Of a stretch of 64,000 bases of DNA, positions 10,313 through 20,616 are shown one piece after another. Origin of the DNA: an uncultured Acidobacteriaceae bacterium. GTDB taxonomy: Bacteria > Acidobacteriota > Terriglobia > Terriglobales > Acidobacteriaceae. Within the stretch, counting starts at the first letter, position 1. Every line of letters begins with the position of its first letter. The DNA lies in the NCBI GenBank assembly GCA_963836635.1, contig CAWILB010000074.1:9677-73676 (forward strand), read 5' to 3'. The position numbers were made by a program, and so were the translations under genes. The notes under the pieces were generated by a model that did no database searches, was not told where the DNA came from, and worked only from the letters and a program-made list of their open reading frames with translations.

Positions 10313-10936
10313 ATGGCCTATCTCGCGCCAGCGGATTATCCGAGTTACGGACTGCCGGCTGGGACGACAGCGGACTGGATTGCCGCAGCCACAGCGCTGA
10401 TAAACAGCTTTTGCAGGCGGCCGGATCTTAATGTCATCCAGTACACGGAGCGGCTACGCATGACTGCCGGCGTCCAGACAGTACACCTGAGTTATTTGCC
10501 GCTTTCGCCGTTGGCGCCTTCTGCAAATCCGATAATTGGAATCGAGGCACGATACGCGAAGCCACGCCGGGGAGAATTGCCGAGTCAGTCCATGTTCGAG
10601 GTTGCGTACGCATTCTCATTACCCGGGCAGTGGACGTCAATCGATCCGAGCCAGGTGGACTTTGATCCGAACACCGGTGAACTCACCTTACCCTGGAACC
10701 TGCTTGGGATTCCGTATAACGAGGTTCAGGTGACGTATACGGCAGGGCTGGCGATCATTGGGGACGATGTGAAGGCGGCGTGTGCACAAATTGTGCGTAA
10801 CGCTCAGTCGACGCCTGCGCTCAACGCAAGCATGAGCAAGATTGACACGATGCAGATGAAGTACTTCTCAAGTTCGCTGATTGACGAGACAGTGCAGGCA
10901 TGGCTGAGGCCGTACGTTGCGAACAGGTTGGGGTGA
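10313..10936 (+). CDS. Head-tail adaptor (gp6/gp15-like connector, long form)
   Basis: MAYL..., AATALINSFCRR, VTYTAG...DDVKAACAQIV and VQAWLRPY fit the typical connector pattern. It follows the capsid gene. Confidence 0.7.
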   Translation: MAYLAPADYPSYGLPAGTTADWIAAATALINSFCRRPDLNVIQYTERLRMTAGVQTVHLSYLPLSPLAPSANPIIGIEARYAKPRRGELPSQSMFEVAYAFSLPGQWTSIDPSQVDFDPNTGELTLPWNLLGIPYNEVQVTYTAGLAIIGDDVKAACAQIVRNAQSTPALNASMSKIDTMQMKYFSSSLIDETVQAWLRPYVANRLG

Positions 10937-10939
10937 ACG

Positions 10940-11374
10940 ATGAGCGATACGGTGCCGCGCAATCCGATGGGAACTCCGCGGTTATTGGCGGATGCCTTGC
11001 TGCGAAGCGTGGCTGGCACAACAGCGTTGCTGCGCGTTACGGGAGCAAGCACAGATACCAACATGTCGGAGGTAGGCCTGGTATCGACGAGCTTCTCCGA
11101 AGTTGTAGTCAGCCCAGTCCTGATGCGCAAACTGCGACCCTCATGGCAGGAAGGCGGACAGTCAAAGTGGGAGTTACTGGTGTCTGCGAGCAGCGTTGTG
11201 CAGCAGGTGTCTGCTCTCGATTTGCAATCCGCGCAGGCGCTCTTTGCAATGACGTTGGCGGTGACCGTGGGTGGGCAAGACTATCTGATTCAATCTGTTG
11301 CATCCAACGAGGCTTTCGGAACAGTCTACTTATACCGGTTGTTACTGCGCGAGGCTCAGCAGCAGGCGGTATGA
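10940..11374 (+). CDS. Probable head-closure/stopper protein
   Basis: 144 aa, beta-rich, VTVGGQDYLIQSV motif, located after the adaptor. Confidence 0.45.
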   Translation: MSDTVPRNPMGTPRLLADALLRSVAGTTALLRVTGASTDTNMSEVGLVSTSFSEVVVSPVLMRKLRPSWQEGGQSKWELLVSASSVVQQVSALDLQSAQALFAMTLAVTVGGQDYLIQSVASNEAFGTVYLYRLLLREAQQQAV

Positions 11375-11450
11375 GGGGCAGAAATCAGGGATTGGATAAC
11401 GCTCGGTGGCAGTCGGGCTGTAACTCGGAAGATAAGTTGACGGGGAATAT

Positions 11451-11936
11451 ATGCAGAATGCGAAAGACTCGTTTTATATGGCGTTACGAACGCGGCTGGC
11501 GATGATCAATCCGGAGAGAACCATCCTGCTGCGGGGCGCATTGAGGCCGGGGATCCTGGTGGAGGAAGCCGAGGCGCCCATGAACCAATTGCCCGCGGAT
11601 GTGTATGTGCTCCGTTGGCTTGGGCTGGGAACAGATAGCGACTTACCATCAGCGATGGCGGGCGAGCAGTGCGAGATCGTCTATCAGACATGCGGCACGC
11701 AAAGCTTTGGAGGTCTCGACCGTGGAAGATCGTTGAGCCAGATGGATGAGGAACTGTTGGCGATGATGGAGCCGTATTACACGTCAAAGATGAATTACCT
11801 GGCAACGCCTCCGACAATAATGCTGACGCAGGTGTTCTGGGACGAGCCGGGTTTTGCGCCGATCGTCGTCCAGCGGGATCGTTTGAGCCGCACTGCAACA
11901 GTGTTGGTGTACAGTTACCAGGAGCAGGGGGAGTAG
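11451..11936 (+). CDS. Probable tail terminator/completion protein
   Basis: 161 aa with an N-terminal helix (DSFYMALRTRL). The call rests mainly on its position between stopper and tube. Confidence 0.4.
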   Translation: MQNAKDSFYMALRTRLAMINPERTILLRGALRPGILVEEAEAPMNQLPADVYVLRWLGLGTDSDLPSAMAGEQCEIVYQTCGTQSFGGLDRGRSLSQMDEELLAMMEPYYTSKMNYLATPPTIMLTQVFWDEPGFAPIVVQRDRLSRTATVLVYSYQEQGE

Positions 11937-12908
11937 ATGGCTGCGACATGGTTTCAAGCACCTGCGCCGGTAGCGCGAAGGGTGCACGCATATTTTGCGC
12001 CCGTGAATCGCGCGGCTCAAACGCCGGTGCTCTTCGATCCCGCCGAACAGTGCCGATTCAGTTTGACTGCTCCGACAGCACCATGGGTGAGCCTGGGATG
12101 GATCCAGAACTTTATGCGCAAGGCGACGAGCAAAAGTGGGCCGCTGTTGACCGGTGTTCCGGCAGCGCCACTGCAGCAGGTTCGCGAGACGCTTGAAGCA
12201 CAAGTGAGTTGTGAATTCCTCAGCTGGACCAAGCTGACGATGGCATTGTCTACGGGTTCGCAGCATATGAATGTGTTGGTAGCGGCAGGCGGACCCGCAT
12301 CCCCGGACGGCGCCCAGGCGATTCCGGCAGTCACTCCGCAAGGAGGCTCGAGCGCAACGCAGATATTGCTGGCCGCCACGGATGCGGCGAAATTCAGTGC
12401 GGGGTCCATTGTTGCAGCCGATGTGGATTACACGGGGCAGACGGGGTATGTTGGATCGCCGGTCTCCGGCGCCTATGTTAGGCAAGCGCTATCTGACGTG
12501 GATTACGTCCGGCGTGTGACTTTCAATGTTGCGCTGGTTTCTGCGGTCATTAATAGCGGACTTACTCTTGCTGAGCCGTTACCTGGCGGGGCGCCGCCAG
12601 CGGGAGTAAAGCTGCAGGCAGTGGCAGGATTTGTTGATCGCGAAGGTGGGAGCTTCTACCAGGAGTGGTCGGCACTGTTTGTGATGGAAGGAAGCCAAGG
12701 CGAGCGAATCTTCTTCCATTATCCAAGGCTGCAGGCCATGGCCGGCGCCGATGAAGCGGTAAATCCATTCAACAGCAAACATCAGAACGGGCATTCTCGA
12801 GTGATGTTAAAAGGAAAATTCATCGCGCTGCCGGTAACTGATCCCTTGGATAATGAGCGCGTGGTGTGTTACCGGAGCTTTCTGCCGGCCGCAAATGCGC
12901 TAGTGTAA
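11937..12908 (+). CDS. Probable tail tube (major tail) protein with an inserted domain
   Basis: 323 aa. AYFAP...WVSLGWI at the N-terminus and RIFFHYPR...LKGKFIALP at the C-terminus resemble siphophage tube proteins. It abuts the previous stop codon. Confidence 0.5.
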   Translation: MAATWFQAPAPVARRVHAYFAPVNRAAQTPVLFDPAEQCRFSLTAPTAPWVSLGWIQNFMRKATSKSGPLLTGVPAAPLQQVRETLEAQVSCEFLSWTKLTMALSTGSQHMNVLVAAGGPASPDGAQAIPAVTPQGGSSATQILLAATDAAKFSAGSIVAADVDYTGQTGYVGSPVSGAYVRQALSDVDYVRRVTFNVALVSAVINSGLTLAEPLPGGAPPAGVKLQAVAGFVDREGGSFYQEWSALFVMEGSQGERIFFHYPRLQAMAGADEAVNPFNSKHQNGHSRVMLKGKFIALPVTDPLDNERVVCYRSFLPAANALV

Positions 12909-12964
12909 CAAGGAAAACCGGTTCGGAAAATGGCGAGGATACGACAGGTAGATGGCGAGAAACT

Positions 12965-15280
12965 ATGAAGATCACGATTCAGGGGCAGGACTACACAGCG
13001 ACGCTTGACGCGACACACCCGCTTACAATCGAGCGCAAGCTCAATGAGCCGTCAGTTTGTCAGCTCTGGTTGAGTATGCCGGCGAATAGCAATGTGACGA
13101 CGCCTGCGCGATTGCAGCCACTAAAGGTGACCGGCGACAATGGGATGATATATTTCACCGGATACATTGCCGTTAGTCCGGTGTTAGAGTATGCGGGAGT
13201 CGGGTTGGAGGGGCCTTGTTACCGGACTGCAATTCAAGCAGTAAGTGACGAGCTGGTTCTTGACCAGTTACTTATGCCACCGAGCGCGGGAACAGCAGGA
13301 GAGACAGCTGGACAACTTATCACCTCGTTGGTGACTCATTCCGGGTCGGCGGCACTCAATGCTCAGGGACTCGCATTAAATACAAACATCGGCAGCTTCG
13401 TACCCGAGCCGGGAGCGAATTGGAGCGTACGCGCCGGCCAAGCTGCCAACATGGCGCGGGCTGCGTACAGAGCGCTGAATGGCGCGCTCTCGCTCACCTC
13501 GGTCCAAACGGTATTACATCAGCTAAATGAGACTGACGGGAGCCTCAGCCTTGCAAGTCTTGGGCTTACCGCAAGCGTGAATCGCGCGCTGGCCAACGAT
13601 GTGACGGTGTGCGGGGAAGATGAGCCGGTTGCGTATGTGACTGAATACTTCCTTGGCGACGGCGTTACGACGACGTTTAATCTTGGTGCGGAGCCGTACT
13701 TGCTGTCGAGTTCAAAGGCAAGAGTTATCGACGAGCTCTTTAATGAGCCACAGATCAACCAAACAATTTGGGGCGTTTCAGGGGGACCGGGTTATTTGAC
13801 ACTGGGATCGGCCGGACTGGCAATGAACGGTGGAAACGGAATTGACGGACAGACCGCGTTGACGTGGCTCGATGCAGTGGAAATGGGTGGGACATTGCTG
13901 CTTGAAGCTAGCGGCGTGAACCTGTCGCCGGGCAGCACAGGAGAATTGGCCGGATTCTTTAGCGGCGGTGCTGCCGCAACAAATTGCCTGGCCGGTTTCC
14001 AGGTAACCGCGCAACAGGGTACAGGTGCGGCTGTCTTGCAACCCTTGATTCAGGGGTGTGCCGCGGGAACAACGTTCTCGATCAATTCTCAGAATAGCTA
14101 CACGCTGCGTGTTCGCGTGCATTGTCCGGAACTCGAACGCGCGCGGGCCATGTATTACGCGTTTGGCGACAATGGGCCGATTTCGGCGGGCGGGCAAGGA
14201 GTGCTGGCGCTTTGCAATATCCAAATGGAGGTTCAGCAGTTCGTGAACGGCTTGGGCGCAACGCCGGTGACTATCTATGACGGATCGCTCGCGAGTCTTC
14301 CCGACGTTTGCCAGGTTGTGGCCGTGAGCAGTATTAACCTTATCGGATCGATACGCTCACTTACTGTGAAAAATCTGGGATCGGGATGGGTAGTGAGCAC
14401 GCCCCCGGGGGGCACGGCCTATACACGTCGAATTGGAACAACAGCCGAACAGGCCGAATGCTACGTGGCTGGGGGGAGAATTCTGACATTTTACACGGGC
14501 TATGTCCCAGTGGCCGGCGAACATATGGCGGTGAACTATCGTACGATCGGCAGGGCTGTCGGGCGCGCAGTAAATGCGGCCAGCCAACAGGCGCTTGCGC
14601 AGGCAGGATCGCCGGCCGTAGCGGCTTGGATTGGATCGGTTATCAGTCCGGCAGCGCGCAGTTCCGCCGATTGCCGCAACGCAGCGCTGGTGATGGAGCA
14701 GGCGGCAGCAAGCGTGAGTGCGTTGTGGAGCGGGACGTACAAGGGAACCAGCGCAAGTTTCGCGACAGACGTTTGGCCGGGTGACGCCATGCAGTTAAAC
14801 GCGCCATCAGCAAACCTTAATGCGCAGGTTGTAGTGCGAACGGTGAGACTGAGTTATAAGGCAAGTTATCCTGACTTAGTCAACTACGATATTGCTTTTG
14901 CCAACGACTGGGCTGACGACTTAGCCATCAAGACGAGCACACGGGTGCCGGCAGATGCCTGGCTGCCGGCGCCGATTGCGCCGACGTTGCTCCAGAACCT
15001 GAATGGGCTGACGGTGATCGCGCTGAATGGAAGCACGGTGACAATCAATACCGGAGTTGCGCCGCCCAGCGGTGGGGGCTTCGAAATCAGGCTGCGCGAT
15101 TTTGCATTTATGCCGGGCGAAGATCCGACGCTGGTGATGCGCGGATCGCAACAGACGCTTACCTTCTCGCGAGTCTCGGCTGCGGACCGGTTCTACATCA
15201 GGATGTATGACGGTTCGACGCCTCCGAATTACTCGGAGTTTTCGGCAGCGCTATTTATCAATTTACCGCTGAGTGCGTGA
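12965..15280 (+). CDS. Large tail hub/tip protein, putative receptor-binding fusion
   Basis: 771 aa, Gly/Thr/Ser- and beta-rich. Hub-like N-terminus (MKITIQGQDY...LTIERKLNEPSVC), GDGVTTTFNL tail motif, and WPGD...VVRTV segment. Confidence 0.5.
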   Translation: MKITIQGQDYTATLDATHPLTIERKLNEPSVCQLWLSMPANSNVTTPARLQPLKVTGDNGMIYFTGYIAVSPVLEYAGVGLEGPCYRTAIQAVSDELVLDQLLMPPSAGTAGETAGQLITSLVTHSGSAALNAQGLALNTNIGSFVPEPGANWSVRAGQAANMARAAYRALNGALSLTSVQTVLHQLNETDGSLSLASLGLTASVNRALANDVTVCGEDEPVAYVTEYFLGDGVTTTFNLGAEPYLLSSSKARVIDELFNEPQINQTIWGVSGGPGYLTLGSAGLAMNGGNGIDGQTALTWLDAVEMGGTLLLEASGVNLSPGSTGELAGFFSGGAAATNCLAGFQVTAQQGTGAAVLQPLIQGCAAGTTFSINSQNSYTLRVRVHCPELERARAMYYAFGDNGPISAGGQGVLALCNIQMEVQQFVNGLGATPVTIYDGSLASLPDVCQVVAVSSINLIGSIRSLTVKNLGSGWVVSTPPGGTAYTRRIGTTAEQAECYVAGGRILTFYTGYVPVAGEHMAVNYRTIGRAVGRAVNAASQQALAQAGSPAVAAWIGSVISPAARSSADCRNAALVMEQAAASVSALWSGTYKGTSASFATDVWPGDAMQLNAPSANLNAQVVVRTVRLSYKASYPDLVNYDIAFANDWADDLAIKTSTRVPADAWLPAPIAPTLLQNLNGLTVIALNGSTVTINTGVAPPSGGGFEIRLRDFAFMPGEDPTLVMRGSQQTLTFSRVSAADRFYIRMYDGSTPPNYSEFSAALFINLPLSA

Positions 15281-15314
15281 GCGGCGGGTGAAGTGGAGAA
15301 CCGCTCTGATGCGG

Positions 15315-15536
15315 ATGATGAATGAGTTCGAAGCGCAGGTACTGAGCGATCTGAGTGTATTGAAGACGCAGATGACGGGCCTGATGGGCGACGGCACTGG
15401 AGGCCGGCTCGCAGAACTGGAACGGCGTATGGAAGTGCACGAACGGAACTGGCAAAGGGCCCGGGGATTTGTAGCGGCGATAAGCGTTCTATTTGCAGTG
15501 ATTGAAGTGGCCTTCGAAACGTGGCGGCGGCATTAG
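15315..15536 (+). CDS. Small coiled-coil plus single-TM protein, holin-like (XhlA-like architecture)
   Basis: 73 aa: [10 protein letters not shown] coiled coil, then [19 protein letters not shown] segment and a basic tail. It is the last gene of the module. Confidence 0.4.
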   Translation: MMNEFEAQVLSDLSVLKTQMTGLMGDGTGGRLAELERRMEVHERNWQRARGFVAAISVLFAVIEVAFETWRRH

Positions 15537-15598
15537 GACGGTGCAGACGTGCTCCCGGGCATGCTGAATTCGGCTCGAATCCCTCGTATAATCAGCCC

Positions 15599-16091
15599 AT
15601 GAGCAAGCAACCGCTGGTGGGCGTGGTGATGGGTTCGAAGAGCGATTATGAAACGCTCTCGGCAGCGACAGAAATCCTGCGTGAATTCGAAATTCCTTAT
15701 GAAGCAAAAGTTGTGAGTGCGCACCGTACGCCGGACTGGCTTTTCAAGTATGCGGAGACAGCGCGCGAGCGCGGGCTGCGCGTGATTATTGCCGGCGCAG
15801 GAGGCGCCGCGCACCTGCCTGGCATGCTGGCGGCCAAGACGCTGGTGCCGGTGTTGGGCGTGCCGGTTTCGGCTACGGCGCTGAACGGCATGGACTCGCT
15901 GCTCTCGATTGTTCAGATGCCCAAGGGAGTGCCTGTGGGCACGCTGGCAATCGGCAAGACGGGCGCGGCGAATGCGGCGCTTGCTGGCTGCGGAGATTCT
16001 TGCCGTAACAGATGCCGCCCTTTATGAGCGCCTGGCCAATTGGCGTGCCGCGCGAACCCAGGAAGTACTTGATGAGGAACTGCCAGGGTGA
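15599..16091 (+). CDS. purE: N5-carboxyaminoimidazole ribonucleotide mutase (frameshift near the 3' end)
   Basis: [45 protein letters not shown]. Confidence 0.95.
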
Positions 16092-16115
16092 CGCTCTCTT
16101 CTTTCCCAAATCCCA

Positions 16116-17274
16116 ATGACAATTCCGATAGTTCGTCCTGGAGGACTTGCTTGCCATTCTTGGCGGCGGACAGTTGGGCGCATGACGGCCATGGCCGCGC
16201 GCACCATGGGTTATCGCGTGCGCGTCATGGATCCCGAAGCCAAGTGCCCGGCGAGCTTTGTTGTGGACGAAACCATCGTGGGCAAGTGGGACGACGTGGA
16301 TGCGGCACGGCGACTGGCGACGGGCGCCGATGCGGTCACGCTCGAGATCGAGCAGATCGGCGTGGATGCGCTTGAAGCGAAGTTGCGCAATCGCGCCGCT
16401 GCGTCCGGGTGTCGAGGCGATCCGCATCATCCAGGACAAGACGCTGCAGAAGACGTGGCTGGCGGATCACGGATTTCCCGTTGGTCCATTTGCCGTTGTG
16501 AAGAGCGAAGCTGAGTTACGCGAAGCGGTGCAGGCGCTGGGCGGCGATGTATTCCTGAAGATTGGGCGCGGCGGCTACGACGGCCGCGGGCAGGCGCGCA
16601 TTCGGCCTGGATGGTGCTGCAGACGGCCCTGATTTTGGAGAGAGTGTGGGGGCAATTGGGCGGGCGGCCATGCGTTGCCGAGAAGGCGCTGGAACTCGAA
16701 TGCGAGATCAGCGTGATGGCGGCGCGGAATCCGGCGGGCGAGGTAAGGACCTATCCCGCGGCGCGGAATCATCATGAAAACCAGATTCTTGCGTGGAGCG
16801 TGCTGCCGGCAGGCGTGCCGGAAGAGATGGAGCGGCGCGCAGAAGAGATCGCCGCTGGGATTGTTGCGGGCCTTGGCATTGAGGGGTTGCTATGCGTTGA
16901 AATGTTTGTGACGCGCAGCGGCGAATTGCTGGTGAACGAGATTGGCGCCGCGGCCGCACAACAGCTATCACCAGAGCGAGCGCGGATGCGTCACCAGCCA
17001 GTTTGAGCAGGTGGTGCGCGCAGCGTGCAATCTGCCGCTGGGATCGACGGAGCTGATTTCTCCCTGTGCGATCGTGAATTTGCTTGGGGACGTGTGGCTC
17101 GACGCGAAGGGTGAACCGAACTTTCCAGCAGCGCTGAGCGTACCGGGCGTGCGCCTGCACCTGTATGAGAAGCTTGCCCCGCGCGTAGGCCGAAAGATGG
17201 GGCATCTTTCGAGCGTGGGCGCGACGGCCGAGGAAGCGCTGGAAAGAGTGCTGGAGGCAAAGCGTCGGCTGTAG
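16116..17274 (+). CDS. purK: N5-CAIR synthase (several frameshifts)
   Basis: ILGGGQLGRM, VTLEIEQI, QDKTLQK, GGYDGRGQ, APRPHNSYH, TSQFEQ, HLYEK...RKMGH. Confidence 0.92.
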
Positions 17275-17354
17275 AGGAATTAAATGTGGTGCTTTCTCAC
17301 TCTTGAAACACAATAAACGGTTTCATGGATGGGGCGCCGCCATTTGAGATCGAT

Positions 17355-19180
17355 TCAGCTTGCAGCCCCCGCTTTTTCCCAGCGCTTGGGCCGGCGATTC
17401 TGTTGCAGAATCTTCTTGCGCAGGCGTAGCGACTTTGGAGTGACTTCAACAAACTCATCGTCGGCGATGAATTCGATGGCCTGCTCAAGGTTCAGAGCTT
17501 TCACGGGCACCAGGCGGATGGCCTCATCGGCGCTGGACGCCCGCATGTTGGTCATCTTCTTTTCGCGCACCACGTTCACGTCGAGATCGTTGTCGCGATT
17601 GTGCTCCCCGACGATCATGCCCTCGTAAACTTCGACACCCGCTCCCACAAAAAGAATGCCACGCTCCTGCAGGCCGTTCAGAGAGTAGGTCGTTGTGGCC
17701 CCCTGGCGGTCAGAGATGAGCGCGCCTGTGGGCCGCTGCGGAATCTCGCCCATGTAAGGGATGTAGCCGTCGAAGAGCGCGTTCATCACGATTGTCCCGC
17801 GCGTCTCGGTCAGCATCTCGCTGCGCAGGCCGATAAGGCCGCGGCTGGGCACGCGAAACTCAAGCCTTACGCGGCCTGAGCCGTGATTGTGCATTTTGAT
17901 CATTTCGCCCTTGCGCGGGCCCAATTTTTCAATTACAACGCCGGTGAATTGTTCGGGCACGTCGATGGTTAGGTGTTCTACGGGCTCCATGACGCTGCAC
18001 CGTCCACGACTTTGGTCACAATCTCAGGGCGGCCGGCGGAGAGCTCAAAGCCTTCGCGGCGCATCATCTCAATCAGGATGGCAAGCTGCAGCTCGCCGCG
18101 GCCCAGCACTTTGAAAGTATCCGGCGAGCCGGTCTCTTCCACGCGAATGCTGACGTTGGTCAGCAGTTCTTTTTCAAGCCGCTCGCGCAGGTTGCGGCTG
18201 GTCACGTATTGGCCTTCGCGTCCCGCAAAGGGCGAGTTGTTCACGCTGAATTGAATTGCAATGGTCGGCTCGTCAATGACGATCAGCGGCAGCGGCGCCG
18301 GATTCTCCACGCTGGTGATGGTCTCACCTATGGTGATGCCTTCCACGCCGGCCACGGCGATAATGTCGCCCATGGTGGTCTCAGTGGTCTCTGTTCGCTT
18401 GAGGCCATTGAAGGTGAAGAGCTTGGTGATACGCGTCTTCATCAGCGAGCCGTCGCGCTTGGAGATGGTGACGTCGTCGCCGGCGTGCAGCGTTCCCTGG
18501 AAGACGCGGCAGATGGCGATGCGGCCAAAGTAATCGGAGTAGTCGAGGTTGGTGACCAGAATTTGCAGCGTACCTTCAGCGTCGCCGGTGGCCTCGGGAA
18601 TGGTGGAGACGATGGTTTCAAACAGCGGCTGCAGGTCAACGCCGGGAACGGCAGGGTCGAGCGTCGCCTGGCCGGCCTTGGCCACCGCGTAGAGCACGGG
18701 AAAATCGAGCTGCGATTCTTCCGCGTCAAGATCGATGAAGAGATCGTAGATCTCGTTCAGCACTTCCTGCGGGCGCGCATCGGGGCGGTCAATCTTGTTG
18801 ATCACCACGATGGGCTTTAGCTTGGCTTCAAGAGCCTTCGAGAGCACATAGCGCGTTTGCGGCAGCGGGCCCTCGGCTGCATCCACCAGCAGCATCACGC
18901 CGTCCACCATCTTAAGCGCGCGCTCAACTTCGCCGCCAAAGTCCGCATGGCCCGGCGTGTCCACAATATTGATCTTGCCGCCTTCAAAATTGATGGCCGT
19001 GTTCTTGGCCAGGATCGTGATGCCTCGCTCGCGCTCGAGCTCGTTTGAGTCCATCACGCGCTCGGCCACCTGCTCGTTGGCGCGGAAGGTTCCGGCTTGG
19101 CGAAGCATGGCGTCAACCAAAGTAGTCTTACCATGATCGACATGGGCGATGATGGCGATATTGCGTATCGTCTGGCTCAC
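17355..19180 (-). CDS. typA: Translational GTPase TypA/BipA (frameshift near 17990)
   Basis: [55 protein letters not shown]. Confidence 0.96.
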
Positions 19181-19368
19181 AGGTGTGAATGTCCTTTGCC
19201 TTGAGTGCGGCCGCGGGAGCAATTAGGAAGATGAACGCGCGATGAAAGTCCGCGCAGCGCGGCTGATTCTATTTTAACAGCCGTGGCCCCCGGCTCGTTT
19301 ATGGATTCGGATTCGGCGGCACAAGCTGTTTCGTCTGTGCCGATTGAAGGGTTACACTTCTGGAGCCA

Positions 19369-20479
19369 ATGAAAAACGCAAATCTCGAGCCCCTTCAATT
19401 TTCGGCCAGGCCGCCTGCGTGGCCGGTTTGTCAGCGCATTCAACGCCGCTCTTCTGGCTGCTGTTGCGCTCATGTGCCATTTCGCACCGCATTCCGGCCG
19501 AGCGCAAGCCCCGGCAAAATCGGGCCATCTGCTCATTTACTTCATCGACGTGGAGGGCGGCCAGTCCACGCTGCTTGTGTCGCCGACCGGCAAGTCTTTG
19601 CTTGTTGACACCGGTTGGCCCGGGCACCGATCCTTCGGCCGCGATGCCGGCCGCATCCAGGCGGCCATGGCGGATGCCGGCATATCGAAGCTCGACTACG
19701 TACTCATCACGCATTTTCACGTCGATCATGTGGGCGGCGTGCCCAACCTCGTCAAGCGCGTAAAAGTGGGCGAGTTTCTCGACCACGGCGTGAACCGCGA
19801 AGACAGTGACATTACGCGCCACGATTACGCCGCATACATCAAGGCAATCGGCAGCACGCCTCGTCGTGTTGTCCATCCCGGCGACACTATCGATATTCCC
19901 GGCCTCACGACCATCGTGATCGCCGCAGACGGCGAGCATATCTCCGCGGTGCCCGGCGTGACGCCGGAGCCGAATCCTTATTGCGCGAGTGAGCCGCATT
20001 GGGATCTCGATTCGTCTGAGAATCCGCGCTCCGCCGGCATCCTTGTGCGCTTCGGCAAGTTCCGTTTTCTCGATCTCGGCGACCTCACCAAGGCCAAAGA
20101 GATTCCGCTGGTGTGTCCGAACAATCTGATCGGCCATGTCGATCTTTATCTCGTCAACCATCACGGCATGAATCTTTCGAACTCACGCGCGTTTGTCGAT
20201 GCAATCCATCCGCGCGTCGCCATCATGAATAATGGCGCTCACAAGGCCGGAAGCCCCGAGGCGTGGCAGACCGTTCATGAGAGCCCCGGCCTTGAAGACC
20301 TCTACATGCTACATACCGCTGAGGGTAGCGATGCTGCGCACAACAGTACGGAAGATCTGATCGCCAACCTCAAAGGCGGCAGCGACGGCGCCTACTTCAA
20401 AGTGATAGCCTCGGCAGACGGCAGCTTCAGTGTCATGAATAGCCGGACCGGCCGCGCGAAAAACTATCCGCCGAAGTAA
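19369..20479 (+). CDS. Exported MBL-fold metallo-hydrolase (ComEC/Rec2-like hydrolase domain); start uncertain
   Basis: FIDVEGGQSTL, LVDTG, THFHVDHVGG, LGDL, NHHG. A possible frameshift lies in the signal-peptide region. Confidence 0.8.
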
Positions 20480-20616
20480 CGCCCCATCTGTGCGGCGCTG
20501 CGCAGTTCCACCCGGCGCGAGCAACACTGCTGGACGTCCGGCGCTATAATCGCATGCGCAAGTTGAACGCGATCCCCTCACTTCCTGAATCCTTCCTGAA
20601 TCAAGGAGAAGAGCTG

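Larger units (their letters stand above)
6687..15536 (+). other. Phage-derived head-neck-tail structural module (GTA-like or cryptic) lacking packaging, replication and integration genes
   Basis: Ten intact co-directional ORFs in canonical virion order between tmk and purE. Confidence 0.8.

Noticed and set aside
6687-15536. Complete inducible prophage
   Set aside because: No integrase, repressor, replication, terminase or endolysin gene and no att repeats. The module is bounded directly by tmk and purE.
6687-15536. Absence of frameshifts in the module as evidence of higher copy number or stronger selection
   Set aside because: The region 36455-46660 is similarly free of frameshifts, so the contrast is not informative without read depth.
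19369-20479. Second comEC gene
   Set aside because: It has only the MBL hydrolase domain and no membrane competence domain.
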